A stretch of 54,684 nt of DNA, from NCBI GenBank assembly GCA_964462065.1, contig CAYXAT010000001.1:1-54684 (forward strand). Direction: 5' to 3'. The position numbers and the translations under genes are program-made. The notes beneath the pieces are model-generated. The model ran no database searches. It had not been told where the DNA came from and saw only the letters and a list, made by a program, of their open reading frames with translations. This DNA comes from an uncultured Clostridiaceae bacterium. Lineage in GTDB: Bacteria > Bacillota > Clostridia > Lutisporales > Lutisporaceae. Shown piece by piece: positions 19,633 through 29,305 of the stretch (the stretch's first letter is position 1; every line of letters starts with the position of its first letter).

Positions 19633-19661
19633 TTGTTTTATATTATTGTAAAATGTATAAT
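19633..19661 (+). promoter_or_regulatory. Candidate sigma-A promoter for rpmB
   Basis: TTGTTT, a 17-nt spacer, then TATAAT (preceded by TG). About 60 nt upstream of the AAGGAGG Shine-Dalgarno site and ATG. Confidence 0.4.
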
Positions 19662-19722
19662 ACTTATGATAGAATTATAATGTTTTATTTGTTAGTTATG
19701 CAACCGAAGGAGGTGTATATAT

Positions 19723-19914
19723 ATGGCAAGACATTGTGAAATTTGCGGTAAAGGCATGATTTCCGGTAATAAAGTAAGTCACTCTATGAGGCACAGTCGC
19801 AGGAAGTGGCTGCCCAATTTGAGAACAGTTAAGGCTTTGATTAACGGCACACCCAAAAGAATCAGTGTTTGTACACGATGTTTAAGATCCGGTAAAGTTG
19901 AAAGAGCGATATAG
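19723..19914 (+). CDS. rpmB: 50S ribosomal protein L28
   Basis: 63 aa. MARHCEICGKG..SHS..R..PNL pattern typical of L28. AAGGAGG Shine-Dalgarno site. Confidence 0.96.
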   Translation: MARHCEICGKGMISGNKVSHSMRHSRRKWLPNLRTVKALINGTPKRISVCTRCLRSGKVERAI

Positions 19915-19942
19915 CTAAGAAAAGCAATTCTTTGGTCTTGAC

Positions 19943-19986
19943 GCTCTATTATAATATTTCTGTAAGCGAGAGTATTATAATAGGGC
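19943..19986 (+). terminator. 14-bp AT-rich hairpin 30 nt after the rpmB stop; candidate terminator
   Basis: GCTCTATTATAATA, a 16-nt loop, then TATTATAATAGGGC (one G-U pair). The following U-tract is weak (TTCATC). Confidence 0.4.
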
Positions 19987-20118
19987 TTCATCGGATAGTT
20001 TTGAGTATCGGCTTATATTTTGTTATCTATTCATTTCAGAAAAAGCGATTAAGATTTTACTGCTTGTTTTAAAAAGCCGGATAAAAAGACATAAGCCAAA
20101 GGAAAAATTTAAATCTTG

Positions 20119-20268
20119 TTAACATTTATATAGATAAATACCCGCCACAATTAAAGCTATTGCCGATAAGAATATCCAGCCGATAATCGGCATAGTAACT
20201 GCCAGCAATACACCAAAGCCTACAGATGATATTAACAAGCCACAAATTTTTTTCTTTTTATAGCTCAA
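20119..20268 (-). CDS. Small hypothetical membrane protein, 49 aa, two predicted transmembrane helices
   Basis: Hand translation gives (M)SYKKKKICGLLISSVGFGVLLAVTMPIIGWIFLSAIALIVAGIYLYKC. TTG start with GGGAGG 8 nt upstream. Below the ORF-track size cutoff. Confidence 0.45.
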   Translation of the reverse strand: MSYKKKKICGLLISSVGFGVLLAVTMPIIGWIFLSAIALIVAGIYLYKC

Positions 20269-20302
20269 CTTAATTACCTCCCGTTGCTTACAAAAATAAA
20301 GA

Positions 20303-20352
20303 AAATAAAAAGACCGTTACACTTTATAATATTAGTGCAGCGGTCTTTTTGA
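20303..20352. terminator. Bidirectional-looking intrinsic terminator after rpe
   Basis: AAAGACCG...CGGTCTTT outer stem with an inner TGCAC/GTGTA extension. A-run on the left and T-run on the right; on the minus strand it is followed by TTTTTATTTTC. Confidence 0.75.
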
Positions 20353-20364
20353 TACTGTTTATTT

Positions 20365-21018
20365 TTAATTCCCGAAGGCTTTCATTAAGCGGATAGTTTC
20401 GCTTACGTTTGGAGATTTAAATATAGAAGAACCTGCAACAATTATTTCCGCACCGCAATTGATTATTTTTTGTATATTGTTTAATGTAATGCCTCCGTCT
20501 ACTTGGATTGGTATAGTTTTGTTATGTTTAGACAAAAGCTCTTTAGCAGCAATGATTTTATCGTACATATTTTCTATATAGGTTTGGCCGCCAAATCCCG
20601 GGTTTACAGTCATGAGAAGTACCATATCCAAATATTCAATCAAATACTCTATAGTGCATAACGGCGTTGCCGGATTTAAAGCTATACAGGCTTTTATATT
20701 ATAACTTTTTATTGTTTGTATAAGTCTGTGCAAATGATTCGAAGCTTCGACATGAACAGTTATTATATCAGCCCCGGCCTCGGCAAAGTCCTTTATATAT
20801 AAATCAGGATTTGTTATCATTAAATGAACGTCAAATGTTAATGATGTAACTGACCTCAGACTTTTAACTACCGGTGCCCCGATTGTTATATTAGGTACAA
20901 AATGCCCGTCCATAACATCAATATGCAACATATCAGCCCCGGACTTCTCGACTAAATTAATATCTCTCTCAAGATTTGCAAAATCTGCTGATAGAATTGA
21001 GGGAGCAATTTTTATCAT
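20365..21018 (-). CDS. rpe: Ribulose-phosphate 3-epimerase
   Basis: MIKIAPSILSADF N-terminus with HIDVMDGHFVPN and VDGG motifs. ATG at 21016-21018 follows an AGAGGAGG Shine-Dalgarno site; the ORF-track start is 10 codons too long. Confidence 0.95.
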   Translation of the reverse strand: MIKIAPSILSADFANLERDINLVEKSGADMLHIDVMDGHFVPNITIGAPVVKSLRSVTSLTFDVHLMITNPDLYIKDFAEAGADIITVHVEASNHLHRLIQTIKSYNIKACIALNPATPLCTIEYLIEYLDMVLLMTVNPGFGGQTYIENMYDKIIAAKELLSKHNKTIPIQVDGGITLNNIQKIINCGAEIIVAGSSIFKSPNVSETIRLMKAFGN

Positions 21019-21019
21019 A

Positions 21020-21892
21020 TCAATACCTCCTCTTATCTTTGATTTCATTCAACATTTGTATGTAATATTCGTATCTGACTTCATTTATATAACCGTTTTC
21101 AACGGCTTCCTTAATTCCGCAATTTGGTTCCCTATCATGAACACAAGATGAAAACTTACATGTTCTATACTCATCAAATTCAGGAAAGTAATATTGAAGT
21201 TCTTTTTCCTCTAAGGTTAGCACATCAAAGGAGGAAAAGCCCGGAGTATCGACTACCATACCTCCTGATTTTAATTTGATAAGCTCGGCATGTCTGGTTG
21301 TATGGGTTCCTCTTTTTGTTTTATGGCTTATTTTACCTGTTTTTAGTCTTAGGTCAGGACTAATCGCATTTAATAGAGAGGACTTGCCCACACCCGAAGG
21401 CCCTGCAAAAACAGATATGTTATCGGATAGAAAACCCCTTAACTCCTCCAGCCCTGTTTTTAAAACCGCACTGGTTTTTATTGCATTATAAGGTATTGTA
21501 TTTAGCATATTCAATACTGATTCATATTCTTTATCCAAATCTAAATCTATTTTATTAATACATATTAATATTTTTAAACCCAGGTACTCCGTATAGACCA
21601 AAAGTTTTTGCAATAAGTCCATGCTTATGTCCGGTTTTTTTGCTGAAATAACGATAATAACTTGTTCAACATTAGCCACTTCAGGTCGAATTAATTCGCT
21701 TTTTCTTTCTTTTATATCAATTATATAACCTTGCTCGGTACTTTCGTTTATATCAATTTCGACATAATCTCCTATCATAGGTTTCTTATTATGTAACCTG
21801 AATAAACCACGCGCTTTGCATTCATACACTTTATCACCGGAATCTACATAATAAAAGCCGTCTATACCTTTTACTATAATGCCTGATACCAT
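21020..21892 (-). CDS. rsgA: Ribosome small subunit-dependent GTPase A (RsgA/CpgA)
   Basis: Circularly permuted GTPase: NKIDL, then GPSGVGKSSLLN, then a C-terminal zinc motif (C..C.H....C). ATG at 21890-21892 follows GGGAGG. Confidence 0.94.
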   Translation of the reverse strand: MVSGIIVKGIDGFYYVDSGDKVYECKARGLFRLHNKKPMIGDYVEIDINESTEQGYIIDIKERKSELIRPEVANVEQVIIVISAKKPDISMDLLQKLLVYTEYLGLKILICINKIDLDLDKEYESVLNMLNTIPYNAIKTSAVLKTGLEELRGFLSDNISVFAGPSGVGKSSLLNAISPDLRLKTGKISHKTKRGTHTTRHAELIKLKSGGMVVDTPGFSSFDVLTLEEKELQYYFPEFDEYRTCKFSSCVHDREPNCGIKEAVENGYINEVRYEYYIQMLNEIKDKRRY

Positions 21893-21905
21893 ACTTTCCT
21901 CCCTT

Positions 21906-23834
21906 TTAGAACTTATAGGGTGTACTTTCATGAAAACTGTTATTTATATAAACTTCAAACAGTACATTTCCTTTACCGTTTACCTCAATTTTCAAAGGGC
22001 TGTCCGAAGATGAATGCGTGTTTTCATATATCAATATGCTCTTATCACTTTCTATCTTAAATACGGTTACCTTCATTCTATCCAAATTCTTCGGTAAATT
22101 TATGCTTAAATAGTATAGTTTATCTCCGGATTGTTCTTTTTTGCCCTTACTTACTACAAAATCTATAACACTTTTTTTGCTAATTTCAGTGCCGGCTGTT
22201 ACACTTTGTTCGATAACAATACCTTTGGCATATTCTTCGCTGTATTCCTCGGTAATACCGCCCCTGATAAGATCAAGCATAATTAATTGTGTTTCTACAT
22301 CATCCATTTTTTTGCCGATAAAATTATCCAGGAATATTTTTTCGGGACCGCCGCTGATTACATAATCAATTCTTGTTCCTTCATCAACGCTAATACCGGG
22401 CGCAATTTTTTGATCTATCACTATTCCGCTGGGGTATTGGCTATATTCCTGCTTAACGTCTCCTTCCTCCAATCCGACACTTTCCAATATAATATCCACT
22501 TCATCATAATTTCTGCCAATGATGGGAGGCACGGGTATTTTTCTGGGTCCCTTGCTTATAAATACTGTAACCGGATTGGTAACTTTATTAGATTGATCCG
22601 GTTTTGGGTCCTGTCTGATAATCTCACCTTCGGGTATATCCTTATTATATACTCTTTCAGCAACATCCATTATAAAACCGAGTTTTCTCAATTTACTTTC
22701 AGCTTCATCCTCTTGCAGACCCATTAAATTCGGCACTGATGCAATATCAACATTCAGTAAATCTTTAAAAAGGAAGTATGCACTAACAAAAATAATTGCT
22801 AAAATTAAGCCTGATGTAATTGCCCAATAAAGAATTTTTTTACTGCCTTTTCTACCTGGGTTCTCTATACCATTCATGTCTTCTTTCATTTCAGAAGAAA
22901 TAGGCTCATTACCGCTGCCCGCATCGTATTTCCCGTTGCCCGGCAGCTCTTTAACAGCCTCAATTTTTATTGTATTCTCGTCAACAGTCCCATTATTTCT
23001 AACAAAATCCCCATTAGGCATTATAAGTGATTGTTTTAAATCGCTTATAATTTCACTGGCGGTGCCATATCTTTTTGATATATCTTTGCTCATACATTTA
23101 AGTATTATATCTTCCAAACTTTTAGGTATTTTGTTGTTTATTTCAGTTGGTTTTATAGGTTCTTCCTGAACATGTTTTAATGCAACTGAAATCGGTGTTT
23201 CACCTTCAAATGGCAGTCTTCCCGTTACCAGCTCATATATTACCACACCTAAAGAATAAATATCTGATTTTTCATCTGTAAACCCTCCTCGGGCCTGTTC
23301 AGGCGAAAAATAATGTACCGAGCCTATAATATTGCCGGTATTTGTAATAGTACAGGAGGATACTGCACGTGCAATACCAAAATCCGTAACCTTTACAGTC
23401 CTGTCTTCTTTTAACATTATATTATGCGATTTTATATCCCTATGAACAATATGATTATTATGTGCGTTTTCCAGCGCAGAAGCTATTTGAATTGCAATGT
23501 TTGTAGCAAACTCTATATTTAAAGAACCTTTTTGCTTTATCAGGTCTTTTAAGGTTTGTCCCTTAATGTATTCCATAACAATATAATGTATATCATCTTC
23601 CAGTCCCACATCATATATCCCTACAATATTCGGATGCGATAGACTTGCCGCTGCCTGGGATTCTCTTTTAAACTTTTTGACAAAATCCTCATCACTTGTA
23701 AATTCGGGTCTAAGTACCTTTATTGCTACAAATCTATTAAGTAAACGACATCTTGCCTTATACACCAAAGCCATGCCGCCTCCGCCTATCTTTTCCATTA
23801 CCTCATATCTCTCACCTAACACTTTACCTATCAT
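21906..23834 (-). CDS. prkC: Ser/Thr protein kinase with PASTA repeats (PrkC/PknB type)
   Basis: Hanks kinase motifs GGGGMALVYKA, HRDIKSHN and DFGIA. One transmembrane segment, three PASTA-like repeats and a C-terminal beta-rich domain. Confidence 0.95.
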   Translation of the reverse strand: MIGKVLGERYEVMEKIGGGGMALVYKARCRLLNRFVAIKVLRPEFTSDEDFVKKFKRESQAAASLSHPNIVGIYDVGLEDDIHYIVMEYIKGQTLKDLIKQKGSLNIEFATNIAIQIASALENAHNNHIVHRDIKSHNIMLKEDRTVKVTDFGIARAVSSCTITNTGNIIGSVHYFSPEQARGGFTDEKSDIYSLGVVIYELVTGRLPFEGETPISVALKHVQEEPIKPTEINNKIPKSLEDIILKCMSKDISKRYGTASEIISDLKQSLIMPNGDFVRNNGTVDENTIKIEAVKELPGNGKYDAGSGNEPISSEMKEDMNGIENPGRKGSKKILYWAITSGLILAIIFVSAYFLFKDLLNVDIASVPNLMGLQEDEAESKLRKLGFIMDVAERVYNKDIPEGEIIRQDPKPDQSNKVTNPVTVFISKGPRKIPVPPIIGRNYDEVDIILESVGLEEGDVKQEYSQYPSGIVIDQKIAPGISVDEGTRIDYVISGGPEKIFLDNFIGKKMDDVETQLIMLDLIRGGITEEYSEEYAKGIVIEQSVTAGTEISKKSVIDFVVSKGKKEQSGDKLYYLSINLPKNLDRMKVTVFKIESDKSILIYENTHSSSDSPLKIEVNGKGNVLFEVYINNSFHESTPYKF

Positions 23835-23836
23835 GA

Positions 23837-24592
23837 TTAGTTACCCTCCCTATCAACTTCTATGATAATTGCTGTAATATTATCATGGCCGCCTCTTTCA
23901 TTCGCCAATCTAATTAATTTGTTGCATTTCTCTTTTAATTCTTTTTCCGAATAAACAGTGTCCATAATCTCATTGTCTTCTAACATGTTTGATAATCCAT
24001 CTGTACATAGGACAACATAATCCTCACTATTAAGATCAAAGATATTTATATCCACATCGACGGTAATCCCTGTGCCTATTGCCCTCGTTATAAGATTTTT
24101 CTGCGGGTGTTTGCTTGCTTCTTCAGGTTTTATTGTCCCATTTTTAATCAACTCGGCAACATAAGAATGATCGGTAGTAACTTTTTTAATATTCCTGTTT
24201 CCTATAAAATAAACTCTGCTATCACCGACATGGCCAACTACAATATTGTCATCACTGACAAATGCAACAATTAATGTGGTGCCCATACCAAAATATTCTT
24301 TGTTTTTTATTGAATTTAAGTAAATGATATTATTTACATAAAGAAAGGCTTCTTTCAACTGCATTGCAAATTTTTTAGCATCATATTTTTGGCAGCTAAT
24401 ATTCTTTTTATAATAGTCAAGCATTAAAGAAACTGCCATCTTGCTTGCTATCTCACCTGCATTATGCCCGCCCATTCCATCAGCTATAATACAAATAAAG
24501 GGTTCGTTTTCTTTATAATTCTCCTGAATATAAAACGCATCCTCATTAATTTTTCTTACCAAACCTATATCGGTAGCGCCGTGAGCTTTCAT
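23837..24592 (-). CDS. prpC: PP2C-family Ser/Thr phosphatase (PrpC/Stp)
   Basis: 251 aa. TDIG..R..NED, ADGMGGH and CTDGL PP2C motifs. Immediately upstream of prkC. Confidence 0.94.
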   Translation of the reverse strand: MKAHGATDIGLVRKINEDAFYIQENYKENEPFICIIADGMGGHNAGEIASKMAVSLMLDYYKKNISCQKYDAKKFAMQLKEAFLYVNNIIYLNSIKNKEYFGMGTTLIVAFVSDDNIVVGHVGDSRVYFIGNRNIKKVTTDHSYVAELIKNGTIKPEEASKHPQKNLITRAIGTGITVDVDINIFDLNSEDYVVLCTDGLSNMLEDNEIMDTVYSEKELKEKCNKLIRLANERGGHDNITAIIIEVDREGN

Positions 24593-24717
24593 GAAAACAC
24601 CTCATAAACATAAATAAATAGTGTCTATATTAAAAGTTATATCAAAAATAAATATTTCGACATACTTATCAAAAAAACCTTTTAAAAAAACACTTCCTGA
24701 ATTTATTATTATAATAA

Positions 24718-25746
24718 TCACTTTATATGGCTTTTCCTTAATTGCCCGCAGGCACCGTCTATATCTTGACCTAATTCTCTTCGCATGGTAAAACTGATAT
24801 TGTTTTCCCTTAATATTTCTTTGAACCTTTCAATCCTTATTTCTTCGGGTTTTTTCAGGCTTTTGCCGGGTACATGGTTTATTGGAATTAGATTTACATA
24901 GCATAACATGTCTTTCAATAGGTTAACCAATTCTAATGCATCGTTTTCGCCATCATTTACCTCATTAATCAAAATATATTCAAAAGATAATCTTCTATTG
25001 GTCTTTTTAATATAATATTTACAAGCCTCTATTAATTCTTTAATATTATATTTTTTATTAATAGGCATAAGCTCCGCTCTTTTTGTATTATTTGCACTAT
25101 GCAAAGATATGGCAAGATTGCACTGAAGTTCTTCATCGGCAAATTCATATATTTTAGGCACCAGCCCTGAAGTAGAGATTGTAATATGCCTCATTCCTAT
25201 ATTAAAAGTATTTTTCAAGTTAACGGTTTTTATAAATTTCATAACCTGGCTGTAATTCTCAAAAGGTTCTCCTATACCCATCAATACGATATTTGAAATT
25301 ATCCTTTTTGTTTCCCTCATTACAGCCATTACTTCTTCTATCATTTCTCCCAGAGTCAAATTCCTATAAAATCCGTGTTCGGCTGATGCACAAAACTTGC
25401 AACCCATCTTACAACCTACCTGAGTAGATATACATAAAGAAAAACCGTATTTATATTCCATCAGAACACATTCAATTGCGCTTCCGTCTTCCAGGCTAAG
25501 CAGAAATTTAATTGTTCCGTCTTTGGATACCTTTTTATCAATAATATGAGCACGTTCAATAAGAAAATTATTATTAAGAAAAGCAATCACCTTAGAAGGT
25601 ACATTTTCCATCTCTTCAAACTTTTCAATATCTTTATAAAGCCAATCAAAAATCTGAGTTGCCCTATACTTTGTAAAACCGTTTTTCAACATGATTTCTT
25701 CTAATTCATCTATACATAAATCTTTAATATTCAGTTTATCCGCCAT
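24718..25746 (-). CDS. rlmN: 23S rRNA/tRNA adenine-C2 methyltransferase RlmN (radical SAM)
   Basis: CKMGCKFC radical SAM motif and a C-terminal GQDIDGACGQL motif. ATG at 25744-25746 follows GAGGGAG. Confidence 0.95.
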   Translation of the reverse strand: MADKLNIKDLCIDELEEIMLKNGFTKYRATQIFDWLYKDIEKFEEMENVPSKVIAFLNNNFLIERAHIIDKKVSKDGTIKFLLSLEDGSAIECVLMEYKYGFSLCISTQVGCKMGCKFCASAEHGFYRNLTLGEMIEEVMAVMRETKRIISNIVLMGIGEPFENYSQVMKFIKTVNLKNTFNIGMRHITISTSGLVPKIYEFADEELQCNLAISLHSANNTKRAELMPINKKYNIKELIEACKYYIKKTNRRLSFEYILINEVNDGENDALELVNLLKDMLCYVNLIPINHVPGKSLKKPEEIRIERFKEILRENNISFTMRRELGQDIDGACGQLRKSHIK

Positions 25747-27109
25747 TTTTTTCTCCCTCAAAGTTACTTTTTACCATTCTTGCTATGAAAAAACCATCGG
25801 TTCCATGTATATGGGGATATAGTTCCAAGAAACCTTCTTCTTTGTTGGGTGCATGTATGTTCTCCGGTAGGAGCACATCAATTCTATCCAATCTAAAATC
25901 ATTGCAGGTTTTCAAAAACTTGTCAACAACCTGTTTATTTTCTTTATCATTTAAAGTACATGTACTATATACTAAAACACCGGCTTTTTTTACATACATA
26001 GAAGCATTTTTTAATATTTTTAATTGTAATTTTGGCAGTTCATATAAGTCTTCTGCTTTTTTACTCCATCTTAAATCCGGTTTCCTTCTTACAAGTCCTA
26101 AACCGCTGCATGGAGCATCCACAAGTACCGAATCAGCCTTCCCCAAAAGGCTTTTATCTATATCTTTTGCATCAAACAATTGAGTTTCTATAATAGTTAT
26201 ACCCAATCTTTTACAATTATTTTCTATCAATTTCAATTTATGTTTATATACATCTCTCGAAATTATCTTTCCTTTGTTAGACATCATTTCTGCCAAATGA
26301 GTTGCTTTACCTCCGGGTGCACTGCAAACATCTATAATTAAATCCCCGGGTTTTGGGTTTATAATTTTACATACTAACATGGAGCTTTCATCTTGCACCT
26401 GGAAATAGCCTTTTTTAAAGAGTTCCAAATCTTCAATAGATGAGATCCCTCTAATATTAATAGCTTCATCGTTATAAAGCCCGTCTTTGTAGTAAATATC
26501 ATATTTATCCATTAAATTTTTTAATTCTTTTCTTCCTATCCTCAGTTTGTTTGTCCTAATAGTCAGCGGCGGTGTTTCATTATTGGCTTTTAAAAGACCC
26601 TGAGTAAAGTCATAACCGTAATTTTCTAACCATAAATCGACTAACCATTCCGGGTGGGAAAACTCTATAGAAAGAAATCTTTTTTTGCTAACATTATCAG
26701 GTTTTCCAATATTATTCTTTCCCCTGGAAATGTTTCTCAGTACACCGTTCACAAATTTTGCGGCACCGGGATTCTCATATTTTTTTGCCAATTCAACGCT
26801 TTCATTACAAACAGCGGAATCAGGTACTCTGTCTAAAAATATGATTTGATAAACACCGCATCTTAATATATTTCTTATATTAAAGGCCACCTTTTCCCGT
26901 TTTATTTTTATAAAACTATCAATTATCCAATCAATTTTAATTAAATTCCTAAGTGTTCCGTTAACAATTTCGGTAACCAAAGCTTTATCATTTCTTTTTA
27001 AGTTTGAATATTTAAGCCTTTTTCTTATTTCAATACCGGAATAGGCCCCTTTTTCTAATATAGAATTTAAAATTAAAAAGGCTTCTTCCCTTGCCCAGCT
27101 TTCATCCAT
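25736..27109 (-). CDS. rsmB: 16S rRNA (cytosine967-C5)-methyltransferase RsmB
   Basis: 457 aa. NusB-like N-terminal domain, DVCSAPGGKATH SAM-binding motif, DAPCSG and STCT catalytic cysteines. Confidence 0.94.
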   Translation of the reverse strand: MDESWAREEAFLILNSILEKGAYSGIEIRKRLKYSNLKRNDKALVTEIVNGTLRNLIKIDWIIDSFIKIKREKVAFNIRNILRCGVYQIIFLDRVPDSAVCNESVELAKKYENPGAAKFVNGVLRNISRGKNNIGKPDNVSKKRFLSIEFSHPEWLVDLWLENYGYDFTQGLLKANNETPPLTIRTNKLRIGRKELKNLMDKYDIYYKDGLYNDEAINIRGISSIEDLELFKKGYFQVQDESSMLVCKIINPKPGDLIIDVCSAPGGKATHLAEMMSNKGKIISRDVYKHKLKLIENNCKRLGITIIETQLFDAKDIDKSLLGKADSVLVDAPCSGLGLVRRKPDLRWSKKAEDLYELPKLQLKILKNASMYVKKAGVLVYSTCTLNDKENKQVVDKFLKTCNDFRLDRIDVLLPENIHAPNKEEGFLELYPHIHGTDGFFIARMVKSNFEGEKNGG

Positions 27110-27187
27110 TAGACCACTCCGTTTTGGTTATTCTTAAAGAAAATAAGTTTGAAAATGATATAATTTTAAAAGACTGATAGCAGCCTA

Positions 27188-27865
27188 TCAGTCTCTTCTT
27201 CCTCTTATTAAAAGTAATCTTAATAATTGTGATATGGCCATAACTGTTGCCGCAACATAGGTTAAAGCCGCAGCAGAAAGAACCTTTTTAGCTCCTTCTT
27301 CTTCTCCCGGAGACACCAAATTATAGCTTTGTAAAGCTACAATCGCCCTACTGCTCGCATTTAACTCAACAGGTAAGGTTATAATCTGAAAAATTACTGC
27401 AGCGCTAAAAAGATAAATACCCAGTGTGAAAAGTTGCATCATATTAAGGAGCAAAGCTACTATAATAAAGAATATAGCAGCCTGGGAACCGATGGCAGCA
27501 ACAGGCGCTATGGCATTTCTAATTACCAAAGGTGCATAATCCTCACTATGTTGCAATGCATGGCCACACTCGTGAGCTGCTACTCCTGCCGAAGCAATGG
27601 AAGTTCCTTCATAAACTTCTCCGGACAATCTTAGAACTCTTTTTCTTGGATCATAGTGATCTGTTAGGCTTCCTCTGGTAAGCTCAATTGGGATATCATA
27701 TAACCCGTTGGAATCTAAGATTTTTCTTGCTACTTCATAACCTTTATAACCATAACTGTTTCTAACCCTCAAATACTTACTAAAAGTAGATTTTATTTTA
27801 CCCTGTGCATACAAGGCAAATATCATAGCCGGGATTAAAACAATAAAAGTCGAATCATAAAACAT
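27188..27865 (-). CDS. Membrane zinc metallopeptidase (Zn_peptidase_2 family)
   Basis: 225 aa. HECGHALQH zinc-binding motif flanked by transmembrane helices. Confidence 0.88.
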   Translation of the reverse strand: MFYDSTFIVLIPAMIFALYAQGKIKSTFSKYLRVRNSYGYKGYEVARKILDSNGLYDIPIELTRGSLTDHYDPRKRVLRLSGEVYEGTSIASAGVAAHECGHALQHSEDYAPLVIRNAIAPVAAIGSQAAIFFIIVALLLNMMQLFTLGIYLFSAAVIFQIITLPVELNASSRAIVALQSYNLVSPGEEEGAKKVLSAAALTYVAATVMAISQLLRLLLIRGRRD

Positions 27866-27877
27866 GTTTAAACCTCC

Positions 27878-28810
27878 TTATGATAATATTTTTCCTTTTA
27901 AAATCTCGTGCCCCCTTAAATAAGCCTGGACAGTCATTCTTTTTTTATTTTGAAATTGAATTTCTTTAATCTTTAAAAACCCTTTTTTACATTTTATAAT
28001 AAAATGCTCTTTCTCCACCTCATAAATCATTCCCCAGTCAGTGTTAGAAATATTTGCATCGATAACTTCTGCGTTAAATATTTTGAACATATTTCCTTCA
28101 TAAAAACCATAAGCCCCCGGCCAGGGATATGTACCCCTTATTAAATTTTTAATACTTTCGGCATCATGGGACCAATCTATTTTACCGGTTTCTTTAGATA
28201 GCATTGAAGCATATGTTGCATTTTCATGGCTTTGTTTAATTCTGTTAATTCTGCCTTTCCTCACAAGATCTAAGGTTTCGATTAAGGTATCGGCACCTAT
28301 AATTGCAAGACGATCATGCAGTTCACCCGCAGTCTCCTCTTCATAAATCTTAGTAGATTTTTGCAATAATATATCACCGGTATCTAAACCGGCATCCATA
28401 TACATTGTTGTAATTCCGGTAATTGTATCACCGTTAATAATGCTCCAATTTATTGGTGCGGCTCCTCTCAGTTTTGGGAGTAATGAGGCATGGACGTTTA
28501 TGCAACCATATGTAGGAAATTCAAGTATTTCTTTAGGTAATACCTGCCCAAAAGCAACAACTATTATTATTTCTGGGTTTATTTCTTTTAAAATGCTAAT
28601 AAAACCCGAATCTTTTATGCTTTCAGGTTGATATACATCCAGTCCCATTTTTTCCGATGCAGTTTTAACTTCGGGTGCCACAAGTTGTTTTCCTCGGCCT
28701 TTCGGCTTATCAGGCTGTGTTACAACTGCGCTTATTTCATAACCGTTTTTGCTAAGTGCATTGAGTGAAGGCACCGCAAACTCAGGGGTTCCCATAAAAA
28801 CTATTCTCAT
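27878..28810 (-). CDS. fmt: Methionyl-tRNA formyltransferase
   Basis: MRIVFMGTPEFAVPSL N-terminus, plus HASLLPKLRGAAPI. Confidence 0.96.
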   Translation of the reverse strand: MRIVFMGTPEFAVPSLNALSKNGYEISAVVTQPDKPKGRGKQLVAPEVKTASEKMGLDVYQPESIKDSGFISILKEINPEIIIVVAFGQVLPKEILEFPTYGCINVHASLLPKLRGAAPINWSIINGDTITGITTMYMDAGLDTGDILLQKSTKIYEEETAGELHDRLAIIGADTLIETLDLVRKGRINRIKQSHENATYASMLSKETGKIDWSHDAESIKNLIRGTYPWPGAYGFYEGNMFKIFNAEVIDANISNTDWGMIYEVEKEHFIIKCKKGFLKIKEIQFQNKKRMTVQAYLRGHEILKGKILS

Positions 28811-29274
28811 TATTGTTCATTCCCTTGTATCTCTATATCTTTTGCCTTATCAATAAATAAAACTCCGTTTAAATGATCTATTTCATGGCAAATAGCGGTG
28901 GCTAACAACTCATTGCCCTTAATTTCTACCGTTTCGCCTTTTCTATTCAAAGCTCTTACTATGACCTCTTCCGGTCTTTTAACTATTCCGTACTTACCCG
29001 GCACACTTAAACAACCTTCCTTGTGAAACTGTTCACCCGACTCATAAACAATTACCGGGTTTATCAATTCTATTAATCCTTCTCCAATATCTATAATGAC
29101 TATTCTTCTTAAAACTCCTACCTGGGGCGCGGCAAGCCCGACTCCCTCAGCTTTACGCATGGTTTCTTCCATATCGTCCAATAAAGTAATTATCCTGGTA
29201 TCTATATTATCTACTTTCTTTGAAATCTTTCTCAGTATTTCATCATTTTCCAATCTGATATTTCTTATAGCCAT
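28810..29274 (-). CDS. def: Peptide deformylase
   Basis: GVGLAAPQVG, EGCLSVPG and HEIDHLNG motifs. Confidence 0.96.
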   Translation of the reverse strand: MAIRNIRLENDEILRKISKKVDNIDTRIITLLDDMEETMRKAEGVGLAAPQVGVLRRIVIIDIGEGLIELINPVIVYESGEQFHKEGCLSVPGKYGIVKRPEEVIVRALNRKGETVEIKGNELLATAICHEIDHLNGVLFIDKAKDIEIQGNEQ

Positions 29275-29305
29275 TTCAAACCTCCCAACTTATACCTTAA
29301 ATATA

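Noticed and set aside
19779-19991. A 70-aa minus-strand ORF overlapping rpmB.
   Set aside because: It is antisense to a highly conserved ribosomal protein gene. It has no Shine-Dalgarno site and its 5' end falls inside the rpmB terminator hairpin.
24656-24662. An exact Spo0A-box heptamer (TGTCGAA on the minus strand) upstream of prpC-prkC.
   Set aside because: A single 7-mer is expected by chance several times in 54 kb on two strands. There is no second box or other supporting context.
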